DNA of 29,691 nucleotides from Chlamydiota bacterium (GCA_039179045.1 JBCDEZ010000013.1:1-29691); one strand, 5' to 3'. Shown: positions 1 to 10,157, counted from the stretch's first letter. A program made the numbers and translations. The notes: generated from the sequence alone by a model not told the origin.

Positions 1-397
1 CCCATCTTTTTACCTGTGCAAGAATTTCTTCACGCAAATCTTCATTCAAGATGGGTATACACTCAATCTACTTGAAGAATTGGATTACACAGAAAGACTG
101 GATTACAAATTGCTTGCATCTCTATTTTTCTGTGCGCATTTCTTCAAGTGAGGCGAGTGTTTTGGGCGCTTTTTGACCAAAATGCTTGCAAAATCGGTAC
201 CTTGTCGTTGATTTAGAGCTCCAAAATCACAAAATGAGCTCTCCTCTTTGAAGGAATACGGTGGCCTCAAGCGATCAGCTCTTTTCATTGGAAAAAATAT
301 CCTTTTGTGCGGTATTCGGAAGAATAAGGACTTTTTACAGTCCTACGCTCGCTTCTCAAAGTAAGAAGAAGTAAGAGAAGACAAAGGGAGGAGTGCG

Positions 398-1786
398 TTG
401 AGAAAAAGGATCCGCAATTCGAAAATGCTGCGGGAATATTTTTTTGTATTGATCGCATTGATCGCTGCTTTTGCAGGGATCTTATTTGGGTACGATACAG
501 GCGTGATTTCAGGAGCAATTCTTTTCATCAATCAAGAATTTTCTTTGACAAGCGCAGCGACCAGTTCTGTAATCAGCATTGTTCTTTTAGGCGCCTTTAT
601 TGGATCATTCTTTAGTAGTGGTCTTGCAGACCTCCTTGGAAGAAAACGCCTACTTCTTTTAGATGCCCTTCTTTTCTGTGTGGCTACTGCTTTGTCTAGT
701 ATTGCCTGGAGTGTAGTAGGAATTGTATTGGCCCGTTTTTTTGTGGGCATCGCAATCGGCGTTTCTTCGTATGTGGCTCCTCTCTATGTTTCAGAAATTG
801 CTCCTGCGCGTTATAGAGGCGCTCTCGTATCTCTCAATCAGCTTGCGATCAATGTGGGGATTTTACTCTCTTACTGCGTGGACTACGGTCTCGCTTTTGG
901 AGGACACTGGAGATGGATGCTATTTTTAGGGATCGTTCCTTCGGTTCTTTTTTTCGTAGGGATGCTCTGCCTTCCCCCCAGCCCCCGCTGGCTGGTCTTT
1001 TCAGGACATGGTACGCGCGCTTTGCGGATCTTAGAGAAAATACGAGCCTCTAGGCGTGAGGCGGAAAAAGAGGTCGCAGAGATTCAAGGGAGTATCAAAA
1101 TGCAGCGGGGTAGATTTTCGACTCTATTCAAAGAAAAGCTTCGACCTGCCCTTTTTGTCAGCGCCGGCTTGGCTTGGATCCAACAGGTTACTGGCATCAA
1201 TACGATCATCTACTTTGCTCCTACCATTTTTGAAAAAGTGGGGTTTGTGGACGAGTCTTCTGCGATCTTGGCTACGATGGGGGTGGGGGTTGTTCTCGTG
1301 TTGTCTACAGCGCTTTCCGTTCTTTTGGTTGATATTGTGGGGAGGCGGCCGCTTCTTCTTGTAGGTATATCCTTGATGGGGATAGGGCTTTTGGGGCTTG
1401 TCTTCAGTTTTACTAGCTACTTTGCTGGAAGCAATTTGGCTCAGATAACTAGTCTCTTTACGATGATGATCTATATTTTGGGCTTTTCTATCGGTCTTGG
1501 ACCCATTATGTGGGTGATCATGTCGGAGGTATTTCCTCTCAAATTTCGTGCTCTAGGCGCAAGTGTGGCTACTTCTAGTAACTGGGCTGCAAACTTTTTA
1601 GTCACTGCTACCTTTCTCCCTATTCTCGAGTCACTAGGTGCGGCCTCCACATTTTTTCTCTATTTTTGCCTCACGCTTCTCAGCTTGCTCTTCATTTTTT
1701 TCTACGTGCCAGAAACAAAAGGCGTATCTTTGGAGGCGATTGAAAAGAGACTCTATGAGGGACGTTTCTATCCTAGAAGATGGTAG
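398..1786 (+). CDS. MFS sugar porter family transporter (GalP/XylE-like sugar:H+ symporter)
   Basis: Motifs GILFGYDTGVISGA, DLLGRK, YVSEIAP..RG, QQVTGINTIIYFAP, DIVGRR, SEVFP..R, VPETKGVSLE; about 12 hydrophobic segments. TTG start preceded by GGAGGAG (387-393); alternative ATG at 425. Confidence 0.95.
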   Translation: MRKRIRNSKMLREYFFVLIALIAAFAGILFGYDTGVISGAILFINQEFSLTSAATSSVISIVLLGAFIGSFFSSGLADLLGRKRLLLLDALLFCVATALSSIAWSVVGIVLARFFVGIAIGVSSYVAPLYVSEIAPARYRGALVSLNQLAINVGILLSYCVDYGLAFGGHWRWMLFLGIVPSVLFFVGMLCLPPSPRWLVFSGHGTRALRILEKIRASRREAEKEVAEIQGSIKMQRGRFSTLFKEKLRPALFVSAGLAWIQQVTGINTIIYFAPTIFEKVGFVDESSAILATMGVGVVLVLSTALSVLLVDIVGRRPLLLVGISLMGIGLLGLVFSFTSYFAGSNLAQITSLFTMMIYILGFSIGLGPIMWVIMSEVFPLKFRALGASVATSSNWAANFLVTATFLPILESLGAASTFFLYFCLTLLSLLFIFFYVPETKGVSLEAIEKRLYEGRFYPRRW

Positions 1787-1910
1787 TAGGAGCAAAAGCG
1801 TGCCTAGATTTGAGTCTAGACTCTATACCCTAGTTTTTTCTCGAACATGCTGCAAGAAAAATCTCGCTCTTATAGTATGCAGTTTGAAGACTTAAGTTGA
1901 GGATAGCGTC

Positions 1911-2963
1911 ATGACAACAGAAGAAATATTAGGAAGCGAAGCAGAAGATCTTCTGCAATACAAAGCCGTTTTTCCTAAAGACAATTTGCACATTCCCCAT
2001 GCTGGGTGGATTGATACGATATTTCATGACTCGGATCGTTCCTTAAGAACGCTACGCTCGTTGCAAGCACTTTTTTCCCATGGAAGGTTGGCACATACGG
2101 GTTACTTATCCATTCTTCCGGTCGATCAGGGCATTGAGCATTCAGCGGGAGCCTCTTTTGCGCCTAACCCTCTCTATTTCGATCCAGAAAATATTGTAAA
2201 ACTTGCAATGGAGGGGGGCTGTAGCGCTGTTGCAAGCACGCTAGGGGTCCTAAGTATTGTTGCCAGAAAATACGCACACAAAATTCCATTTGTCATGAAA
2301 TTCAATCATAACGAGCTTTTGAGCTATCCCAACCGGCACGACCAGACTCTTTTCGCTTCGGTAGAGCAGGCGTACGAGATGGGATGTGTAGCAGTTGGCG
2401 CAACTGTCTATTTTGGATCAGAAGACTCTCGAAGGCAAATTGAAGAAGTAAGCGAGATGTTTGAAGCCGCGCACGATTTAGGTATGGGGACGATTTTATG
2501 GTGTTACCTGCGCAACAAAGCTTTCAAAACAGGAGACAAAGATTTTCACGATTCTGCTGATCTAACAGGTCAGGCAAACCATTTGGGGGCAACGATTGGT
2601 GCAGATATCGTCAAGCAAAAGCTTCCAACAACGAATCGTGGTTATCCCACCATCAAATTTGGCAAGTACCACGAAAAGATGTACGACACTCTTGCGGGCA
2701 ACCATCCGATCGATCTTTGTCGCTACCAGGTAATGAATAGCTATATGGGACGGATCGGTTTGATCAATTCCGGAGGAGCCTCCCTAGGAGACGATCGGGA
2801 AGATCTGCGTGCCGCGGTGCGTACGGCAGTCATCAACAAAAGGGCAGGAGGTATGGGATTGATCTGTGGGAGAAAAGCGTTCCAAAAATCGATGCAAGAG
2901 GGGGTAGACCTGCTCCAAAGCATCCAGGATGTCTATACAGATCCGCAAGTAACCATAGCTTAG
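1911..2963 (+). CDS. fbaB: Class I fructose-bisphosphate aldolase (DhnA/FbaB type)
   Basis: [36 protein letters not shown] (Schiff-base Lys), [24 protein letters not shown] upstream. Confidence 0.96.
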   Translation: MTTEEILGSEAEDLLQYKAVFPKDNLHIPHAGWIDTIFHDSDRSLRTLRSLQALFSHGRLAHTGYLSILPVDQGIEHSAGASFAPNPLYFDPENIVKLAMEGGCSAVASTLGVLSIVARKYAHKIPFVMKFNHNELLSYPNRHDQTLFASVEQAYEMGCVAVGATVYFGSEDSRRQIEEVSEMFEAAHDLGMGTILWCYLRNKAFKTGDKDFHDSADLTGQANHLGATIGADIVKQKLPTTNRGYPTIKFGKYHEKMYDTLAGNHPIDLCRYQVMNSYMGRIGLINSGGASLGDDREDLRAAVRTAVINKRAGGMGLICGRKAFQKSMQEGVDLLQSIQDVYTDPQVTIA

Positions 2964-2980
2964 AAGTACTACCCTTCGCA

Positions 2981-4381
2981 TCACTCCCAGGGCACCCTCG
3001 GCGCAGGAGGAATCTGTTTGCAGTGAATCTTCTCTGCTGATGTCTGGGAGTGTATTTCAAGCTCCTCTTCCGGAAAAAAGAGAGTCAGAAAGGAGCGATT
3101 CGACCCATTTTTTTCGGCTCTAGGATTCGCGATGGATCCTTTGAGGGGAAGTAACAAGGGAGGAGTCTTGTTCTCGACTGTTTGCAATACGCCCTCAAAA
3201 ATAGAAGGATTGATCGCTAGCGTCATAGAGAGCTCATCGCTTAGATAGTTATGCTCTCCCCAAGTGAAGCAGTGGAGACGATTGTCTAAAAGAAAATCCA
3301 TTCTCTCCATTCGAATTACTCCATCTTGTATAGAAAACTCGAGGGGCGTGCACCAGATGTCGATTTGTGCGGAGGCAAATAGGTCCGCATCTTCTACTGC
3401 GCTTAGAATGCTATGCAATACCCCTTGTTGCTTGCAGTGCAATTGCCCCAATTCGCAAGTGGCATGTCCAATCGAACAATTGCCGTGAGCGGGATAGCAA
3501 AATCCCTCTGGATCGATCCTCACTTTGATGGGAGCATTCGAGGAGAGCACGCAGCCCAATTGCGGGTGGATTTTATGGAGATACGATTCGCTGGCCCTCT
3601 CCCTGGGAAAGTACTCTACATGCAAAGCGCGATTTAAGAACAAGGCACGCTCTTTCCAATACCCATCGAGACTTGTTTGTAGATTTCTCGAAGCGATTTC
3701 ACACCGGACATCTCCTGATCCTCTCGTAAAAAAGAGATCCCCTTCGAGGGAAATGTATGCCCCACAAACTGCTTGCAAAAAGCAGTGTTGTTCTGCGAAT
3801 AGACTGTCGAGCAAATGCGACGGGACTCTTTGCATACGCACTTGAAGATCACAAAAAAACCTATCCCAGTCGGTCGATGCTATTTCCCAAGAGAGGGTAG
3901 ATACAAGCCCATGCACGACCAACTTGCCTACATTTGCCGTGCTTTTTTTTCTCGTGTAACAGTCGAGGTCGATATGCCACATCCCATCTTCTGCCTGGAT
4001 TTTCGCGTACAAATGCTCAAAAAGAGTCTCAGGAGCCTCGGATGGATGCCACGATAGCTGCGCATTTTCCATGACCAAATGTTGAGGGAAAAGGGAAAAA
4101 TCTGCTCCCGATCCCCATAGCCTCCAAAGGGGCGTTTCTAAGGAAAAATCATCGACTTGAAAGGAGAAATCGCGATGTTGGCAGTGCAGGTGTTGGAATT
4201 TTTGCGGTCCCAGCCAGCTCAAGTTAAAATGGTGCGCATCGATATGCAATCCTGTACTTCTTTCCAAAGAATCGACCAAGTACCACTTCCCTAACGGGGT
4301 TTGCAGAAAATAGGGAGTGAAAAATAGGCAAACAAAAAAGGTGGAAAAAAAGAGGAGAAGGAAAACAAAAGATCGACGCAT
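2981..4381 (-). CDS. Membrane-anchored AsmA-like clan protein (putative lipid-transfer bridge)
   Basis: N-terminal TM helix followed by LSWLGPQ; C-terminal pattern FSIQDGVIRMERMDFLL...WGEHNY..DELSMTL...LPLKGSIANP resembles AsmA-type C-termini. Start moved to ATG 4381, just downstream of the glmS stop. Confidence 0.55.
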   Translation of the reverse strand: MRRSFVFLLLFFSTFFVCLFFTPYFLQTPLGKWYLVDSLERSTGLHIDAHHFNLSWLGPQKFQHLHCQHRDFSFQVDDFSLETPLWRLWGSGADFSLFPQHLVMENAQLSWHPSEAPETLFEHLYAKIQAEDGMWHIDLDCYTRKKSTANVGKLVVHGLVSTLSWEIASTDWDRFFCDLQVRMQRVPSHLLDSLFAEQHCFLQAVCGAYISLEGDLFFTRGSGDVRCEIASRNLQTSLDGYWKERALFLNRALHVEYFPRERASESYLHKIHPQLGCVLSSNAPIKVRIDPEGFCYPAHGNCSIGHATCELGQLHCKQQGVLHSILSAVEDADLFASAQIDIWCTPLEFSIQDGVIRMERMDFLLDNRLHCFTWGEHNYLSDELSMTLAINPSIFEGVLQTVENKTPPLLLPLKGSIANPRAEKNGSNRSFLTLFFPEEELEIHSQTSAEKIHCKQIPPAPRVPWE

Positions 4382-4389
4382 CTTGTTTG

Positions 4390-6219
4390 TTACTCCACGG
4401 TAACACACTTCGCTAAATGACGCGGCCTATCCACATCGCGCTCGTCGCACCTCGCTATCCCGTACGGAAATATCTGTCCGCCTGCAACGACACTCAAAAG
4501 GGTAGAAGACCAGTCTCCTCCAGAAGGGAGGAAGATCACATCATCTGCGATGGATGAGATGTCTAAATCATCTTCAGATGCAATTGCTAAAATAGGCGCT
4601 TCTCGCGCTTTTACTTCGAGTAAGTTGTTCTTCATCTTCGCACGCGTAGGATGGTTTGGGCAAAAGGCGACCACAGGCAATGTGGGTTCAATCAAAGCCA
4701 TAGGACCATGCTTTAGCTCTCCTGCAGGGTATCCGTTCGCGTCTTTATAAGAAATTTCCTTGAGCTTCAACGCAGCTTCAAGAGCTACGGGATACATCAT
4801 ACCCCTTCCTAGGAAGATGAATCTTGTTTCATGTGCGTATTGTCGAGCGAGCTCTTGAATCTGATCGCACCGCTGTAGTACTTGTTCTAGTCCATCGGGA
4901 ACAGTTTGGATATCGCGCAGTAACTCGGATCGCCCAGAATAGGGTACGCACCGCAAATCAGATAGGTATGCAGCAAACAAAGTGAGCATCGTGAGCTGCA
5001 AGGTAAAGGCTTTGGTAGAGCAGACGCTGATTTCGGGTCCTGCTTCCAAAAGCAGGGTGTGATCTGCTTCACGCACTAGGCTCGAGTGGTTGATATTGCA
5101 GATGCTCAAGGTATGTGCCCCTCTCCTCTTTGCTTCTCGCAAAGCTGCAATGGTATCTGCCGTTTCTCCAGATTGGCTGATTGCTACTACAAGCGTACGA
5201 GGAGAAAATACGGGATTGCGGTACCGAAACTCTGAAGCAATTTCCGCTCGGCTCACAATCCGAGTCACATCTTCAAAAAGATCGGCAGCCAGCTTTGCAG
5301 CATGCCACGAAGTTCCGCACCCAATCAGCACAATCTGATCGATGCGTTGTAGTGTTTCAGTGCAAGAGAGCAGTTCAGGGAAGGGGCAAGAAGCGTGAAG
5401 TCTTTTTTGCAGCATTTTCTCAATCAGAGCGGGCTGTTCAAAGATCTCTTTGAGCATGTAGTGTTCAAATCCCTCTTTCGATGGGGTGGGTAAATCGAGA
5501 GCAGAAAAAGCAACGGACGCTTTTTCCACAGGTTGCAGGTGTTCATCGAACAATTCCAAGTTTCCTTGGCTGACAACGGCGATCTGATTTTCCAAAAACG
5601 TAACGTGCAAGTCCCGATCAAAAAAAGCATTGGGATCGGAAGAGATAAAGTGTTCTTGCTTTTCCTCATTGCAACCAATAGCTAATGGGCACTCACGCGC
5701 AGCTGCCAAAATCAGGTCTGGGCGGTCTTTATGGATGGCAACAATGGCAAATGAGCCTTCAAGTTGTTGTAAAGAGGTTGCGAAAGCATGCAGCAAATCG
5801 CCTTGATAATTGTGCTGGATGAGTTGCACAATGACTTCTGTATCTGTATCAGAGACAAATTCCCTATTACAGCCCTCCTGCAAGAAGCGTTTGAGTTTGA
5901 TGTAATTGTCGATCGTCCCGTTATGTACGAGTGCCAGCTCCGGCTCTTCAGAGGTATCTACATGAGGATGGGCATTCAAATCATTTGGTTTGCCATGTGT
6001 GGCCCACCTAGTGTGGCCAATGGCAAGATCGAGACATTGCAAGGGAATATGTTTGATGAGAGAGTCGACCGTGCCCTGCTTCTTAAAGAGGCGGAGTCTT
6101 CCTTGATAAAAGCCAGCTATACCAGCAGAGTCGTAACCTCGGTATTCGACATCTTTCAAGCCTTTGATACAAGTTTTTAAGGGATTCTGTGGTCCCAAAT
6201 ACGCAAAGATGCCACACAT
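4390..6219 (-). CDS. glmS: Glutamine-fructose-6-phosphate aminotransferase
   Basis: Begins MCGIF (catalytic Cys1) at ATG 6219; EYRGYDSAG, GHTRWATHG, HNG, SQSGETADT, LKLKEISY, C-terminal PRHLAKCVTVE. Confidence 0.98.
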   Translation of the reverse strand: MCGIFAYLGPQNPLKTCIKGLKDVEYRGYDSAGIAGFYQGRLRLFKKQGTVDSLIKHIPLQCLDLAIGHTRWATHGKPNDLNAHPHVDTSEEPELALVHNGTIDNYIKLKRFLQEGCNREFVSDTDTEVIVQLIQHNYQGDLLHAFATSLQQLEGSFAIVAIHKDRPDLILAAARECPLAIGCNEEKQEHFISSDPNAFFDRDLHVTFLENQIAVVSQGNLELFDEHLQPVEKASVAFSALDLPTPSKEGFEHYMLKEIFEQPALIEKMLQKRLHASCPFPELLSCTETLQRIDQIVLIGCGTSWHAAKLAADLFEDVTRIVSRAEIASEFRYRNPVFSPRTLVVAISQSGETADTIAALREAKRRGAHTLSICNINHSSLVREADHTLLLEAGPEISVCSTKAFTLQLTMLTLFAAYLSDLRCVPYSGRSELLRDIQTVPDGLEQVLQRCDQIQELARQYAHETRFIFLGRGMMYPVALEAALKLKEISYKDANGYPAGELKHGPMALIEPTLPVVAFCPNHPTRAKMKNNLLEVKAREAPILAIASEDDLDISSIADDVIFLPSGGDWSSTLLSVVAGGQIFPYGIARCDERDVDRPRHLAKCVTVE

Positions 6220-6359
6220 ACATTCTGGCTTATACAAATTTTTTCTCAGTATAAATATTTCTTATTCTCTTTGCAATCAAAAGAGTGAGAACTTCCGCAA
6301 AGAGCGCCTTGCTTCTCAGTCCCGGTTTCCTGCAAAACGTTCTATAAAATAGATTGGTA

Positions 6360-7124
6360 TCAAGATTCTGTCTTAAGAGGAAAAGAGCCTTTTTGACAAA
6401 GCAGTGCCAAGAAAAGTGGGAAATTTTTGCGAGCGCGATTTTCCATACTCGCGCATTTTCCCGTACTTGTTTTGTCGGAAATCCACTCTTCCATGTCAAC
6501 AATCGCAAACCCTACCTTCCTCAAAGCCTTGGCATAATCTTCTAAACTCCTATGGAAAGAATAGGTGATAGGACCCTCTTTTTGTGAGGGGTGCGTTGCA
6601 ATGGGAATACTCAAGGGGATGCGGTAGGTGTCGATCCTTCTCGATTGGATCTTCTTTTTGGGGTCAATGATCCACCCACTTTGCCTAGGAATACGGAAGC
6701 AGGGATGGTTGAGGACAAGCAAAAGGCGAGCTTGTCCTTTCGCATGGTGCGCTGCTGTTTGCAAAGCGCCGTTCATATCCTCCATATTCTGCAATGAAAG
6801 GAGAAACGTGATCGCATCAAACGTTTTTTTCAACGAAAAAGAGGTGGTTACATCCTTTTGCAAAAAGGTTTGCCTCCCATAAATGCGCGCTTTTTTGAGC
6901 AGAGACTGGGAGAGATCGATCCCCGTATACTCCACCTTTTTGGGTAAATGGCGCGCGAAGGCACCATTACCGCACCCTAAATCCAGAAGACTAGCTCCTG
7001 GCTTTAAGTTCAGCAGGCGCAACGCTCTAGGAAAGATTATAGAAGTGTGGTAGTAGCTTCCTTTGTTGCCTACAATTTTGTCATACCAAGAGCCAGATGT
7101 CTCCCAGGAGGTCTCTTTTTTCAT
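6360..7124 (-). CDS. Class I SAM-dependent methyltransferase, substrate unknown
   Basis: Motif I LLDLGCGNG, YTGIDLS, FDAITFLLSLQNM, NHPCFRIPRQSGW. Confidence 0.85.
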   Translation of the reverse strand: MKKETSWETSGSWYDKIVGNKGSYYHTSIIFPRALRLLNLKPGASLLDLGCGNGAFARHLPKKVEYTGIDLSQSLLKKARIYGRQTFLQKDVTTSFSLKKTFDAITFLLSLQNMEDMNGALQTAAHHAKGQARLLLVLNHPCFRIPRQSGWIIDPKKKIQSRRIDTYRIPLSIPIATHPSQKEGPITYSFHRSLEDYAKALRKVGFAIVDMEEWISDKTSTGKCASMENRARKNFPLFLALLCQKGSFPLKTES

Positions 7125-7172
7125 ACCGACACTTTACGAAAAATCTATGAATAGATACATCTTAAATAATAA

Positions 7173-8183
7173 ATGATTTCCTACTTTGAGTCGTACATGA
7201 AAATGACCGAAAGTGATTTGCAAAATTCAGTAGACAATTACGTGGTCCCGGTAGACACCTGCCTCAATGTGAATGACCGGATCGAAGATGCGTTGAAAAA
7301 AATACGCATCCATTCTTCGACTGAGCGTGCCCTCTACTTTTACGCAATCGATGATGAGGGCAAGTTGGTGGGCACTCTTTCGACGCGCACCCTTCTATTG
7401 ACCGATCCGACTTGTTTTGTAGGAGAAGTCGTGCAAAAAAAGGTCGTGCGCCTTGCATCCACGCACACTTTGGAAGAGGCGATGAAGATCTTTGAGAAGT
7501 ACCATCTGTTGGCACTTCCTGTTGTTGATGCGGAGGGAAGGTTACTCGGTACTCTCGATATCGGACTCTACATGGAGGGTTCTTTCAATGTTGCCGATGC
7601 GCGTCACCGTAGAGATGTCTTCCAAATGTTGGGGATTTCTGTCGAAAACGGGAAGAAGGTTTCTGTGTTCGATGGCTACCGTTATCGCATGCCTTGGCTG
7701 TTTTGTAATATGGTCTCGGGTCTTGTTTGCGCGGTCATCGCAAATATCAACGAGACCGTCTTGAACGAATTTTTGATCCTAGCTATGTTCATTCCTCTTG
7801 TCTTAACCCTATCTGAGTCGGTCTCGATGCAGTCGATGACGCAGAGTCTGCAGTTTCTAAGAAGACCGAAGATCACCTTGCGCTATTTGTGCCTTCAGGT
7901 AAAGAAGGAGTGGGCCATTGTATTTTTCGTAGCGATTTCCTCGTGTTTTCTTGTGGGGGCTTTGTCTCTACTCTGGGGCGATGGGTTGTTTGCCTCCATC
8001 ATCATCGGACTCTCTATTTTCATATCCGTTTTGATTTCAGCTGGATTTGGCATTGTATTCCCAATTTTTATCCACAAAACGGAGCTGGATCCGAAAGTCG
8101 CCTCTGGACCTGTAGTGCTGATGTTTGCAGATGCCTTTACTACTCTGTTTTACCTATCCTTTGCCTCTTGGGCTCTTTTGTAG
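7173..8183 (+). CDS. mgtE: MgtE-family magnesium transporter (CBS pair plus TM domain, no N-terminal domain)
   Basis: CBS motifs YFYAIDDEGKLVG and KYHLLALPVVDAEGRLLG; TM domain RMPWLF, FIPLV, LDPKVASGP...AD. The exact start (7173, 7197 or 7203) is uncertain. Confidence 0.85.
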   Translation: MISYFESYMKMTESDLQNSVDNYVVPVDTCLNVNDRIEDALKKIRIHSSTERALYFYAIDDEGKLVGTLSTRTLLLTDPTCFVGEVVQKKVVRLASTHTLEEAMKIFEKYHLLALPVVDAEGRLLGTLDIGLYMEGSFNVADARHRRDVFQMLGISVENGKKVSVFDGYRYRMPWLFCNMVSGLVCAVIANINETVLNEFLILAMFIPLVLTLSESVSMQSMTQSLQFLRRPKITLRYLCLQVKKEWAIVFFVAISSCFLVGALSLLWGDGLFASIIIGLSIFISVLISAGFGIVFPIFIHKTELDPKVASGPVVLMFADAFTTLFYLSFASWALL

Positions 8184-9563
8184 ATTCCAGCTTTCTTGTT
8201 TGTTCGCATAGATAACAAGAGGTGCCAAAATGAAAAAGGCGATGCCCACGATTAAGATGAGCTCATAGCTCCAAGCAGACCCTGTATCGATCTGTTCGGG
8301 AGGAAGGAATCCCAATAGAAAAGAAAACAAGCAAGAGAGCATACCCAATCCCGCTACAAAGTGTAGGCCATATTTCCCTGGAATGCGGTAGGGGCGGGGC
8401 GTATCGGGTTGTTTATACCGCAAAATGATGGCCGACAAAAACATGATGAAGTACATGATCAGGTAAATTTGCACGGTCATATTCACCAAAATCCAATAGG
8501 AACTACTCACAGAGGGCATGAAAAGAAACACCGATGAGAGTAGAGTGACAAAAAGAGCTTGTACAAGTAAAATTGTAGTGGGCATATCCTTCTTATTCCT
8601 CTTCTGGAACAAGGGGGGAAGATCCCCATCGATAGCTGCTGCGAATACCCCTTTTGTTGGACCTACAATCCAGGTGCTCATCATGCCGAGAGCCCCCAAA
8701 GACATGATGAGAGCAATGAAGGGAATAAGCCAATTGATTTGGTAATTGCCTAAAAATACAGAAAAAGCCTCCATCGATCCCGATGCCAAGCTAATGGCAT
8801 TTTTTGGAACAACAATGGCTACCGATAGAGAGCCTACAGAAGATAAGAACAAAATGATGAGAGAAGAGATGAAAATGGCCTTCGGATAGTCCTTTTGTGG
8901 ATTTTCCACCTCTGTTGCATGCACACCACTCATTTCCATACCGGCTAGAGCAAGTAAAATGCCTGAGAAAATCACAAGTTGGTTGATATTGCTCAAATCG
9001 GGAAAAAAAGCAGACCAGTTCAAGGGTGTCTGTGATCCTTGGCCTGTGAACCACCAGACAAATCCCAAAGTAATGATGAAAAATCCAGGAATGATGGTGC
9101 CTAAAAGAGCTGCCATCGTGCTAATCCATCCCGAAACACGCATCCCTAAAAAATTGAGAAAGGTCACGGCCCAAAAGCAGGTGAGCACAACAAAGAGTAC
9201 GTAGAGTTTGTGGTTCGCATACTCTGGATTGAACGTGTAGGCCATTGTGCCCGCAATGAATGAAAGGATGGTGGGATACCAGATGATGTTCTCCACCCAC
9301 TGCAACCAAACAGCGAGAAAGCCCATTCTACCCCCCATCGCTTCACTCACCCAGGTGTAGATCCCTCGCTTGGGCCATCCTGTTGCAAGCTCTGCAGAAA
9401 CAAATGCGATGGGAATGAAATAGATCAAAGCGGCCAAAGCATAGAAGAAGACGGCGGAAAGGCCGTAAAGAGCGCTCAAAGGAAAATTCTTGATGTTGCA
9501 AATAGCTGCGATATTGATCATTGTCAATGCAAAGACACTCAAAGATCTGGAAGAAGTTTGCAT
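8154..9563 (-). CDS. APC-family amino acid permease (GadC/XasA-like)
   Basis: LSVFALTMINIAAI, VSAELATGWP..GIYTWV, GMEMSGVH..EVENPQKDYPKA, LRYKQPDTPRPYRIPG; 12 TM pattern. Confidence 0.9.
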   Translation of the reverse strand: MQTSSRSLSVFALTMINIAAICNIKNFPLSALYGLSAVFFYALAALIYFIPIAFVSAELATGWPKRGIYTWVSEAMGGRMGFLAVWLQWVENIIWYPTILSFIAGTMAYTFNPEYANHKLYVLFVVLTCFWAVTFLNFLGMRVSGWISTMAALLGTIIPGFFIITLGFVWWFTGQGSQTPLNWSAFFPDLSNINQLVIFSGILLALAGMEMSGVHATEVENPQKDYPKAIFISSLIILFLSSVGSLSVAIVVPKNAISLASGSMEAFSVFLGNYQINWLIPFIALIMSLGALGMMSTWIVGPTKGVFAAAIDGDLPPLFQKRNKKDMPTTILLVQALFVTLLSSVFLFMPSVSSSYWILVNMTVQIYLIMYFIMFLSAIILRYKQPDTPRPYRIPGKYGLHFVAGLGMLSCLFSFLLGFLPPEQIDTGSAWSYELILIVGIAFFILAPLVIYANKQESWNLQKSPRGKG

Positions 9564-9728
9564 AAAGGCACCTGTCTTTCATTTGATTATCGATTTTCTA
9601 ACGTTAGAAGGCTAGAAAAACCTGCGCAAAGAAGGCAGTACAAGACAGTTTGCATGAGGATAGGAAAATGAGCACTCTAGGCAGGATAGCGAAGAGCGCC
9701 CATTCTTCTGTATATTAAGAGAGAAAGT

Positions 9729-10157
9729 CTAGGGGACTATTCTTGCTTCTTGAACGGTCGGTAGTAACGTTTTTGGTCTGGACATAGGCTCCAACAACAA
9801 AAATCCTGAATCTTCTCCTGATTCCTGTCCTGTATAATTCTGGCTCTGGTTATTGAATGCAAGTAAGAACAATTCAAAGCATTTCCCGATTTCGTCGACA
9901 AGAGCACGAAGTTCTGGAGGAAAACTCTTGGAAGCGTTGTCCCAATTGGGCGTACCTACAAGCTTTTTGAAACTCTTATCCCCTTTGAGACAAAGGACAG
10001 CGGCTTTGAATGCTAAGAAAGCCAGATATACTACTTTCATAAAGTCACCAGGATTTGGAGATTGTCCTGGGGGATCATTGGACAAAGATTGCTGGCGGGC
10101 CAATTCTTGACAACCATCGGTCCCTCGAAGGAAATATTGTATTTGGGCAACAGACAT
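9729..10157 (-). CDS. Hypothetical protein (142 aa)
   Basis: ATG preceded by a strong RBS (TAAGGAGAG); fills an otherwise empty gap; no recognisable family. Confidence 0.65.
   Translation of the reverse strand: MSVAQIQYFLRGTDGCQELARQQSLSNDPPGQSPNPGDFMKVVYLAFLAFKAAVLCLKGDKSFKKLVGTPNWDNASKSFPPELRALVDEIGKCFELFLLAFNNQSQNYTGQESGEDSGFLLLEPMSRPKTLLPTVQEARIVP

Noticed and set aside
103..531. Short minus-strand ORFs (61-77 aa) at the window start
   Set aside because: No family motifs; two of them overlap the sugar porter antisense.
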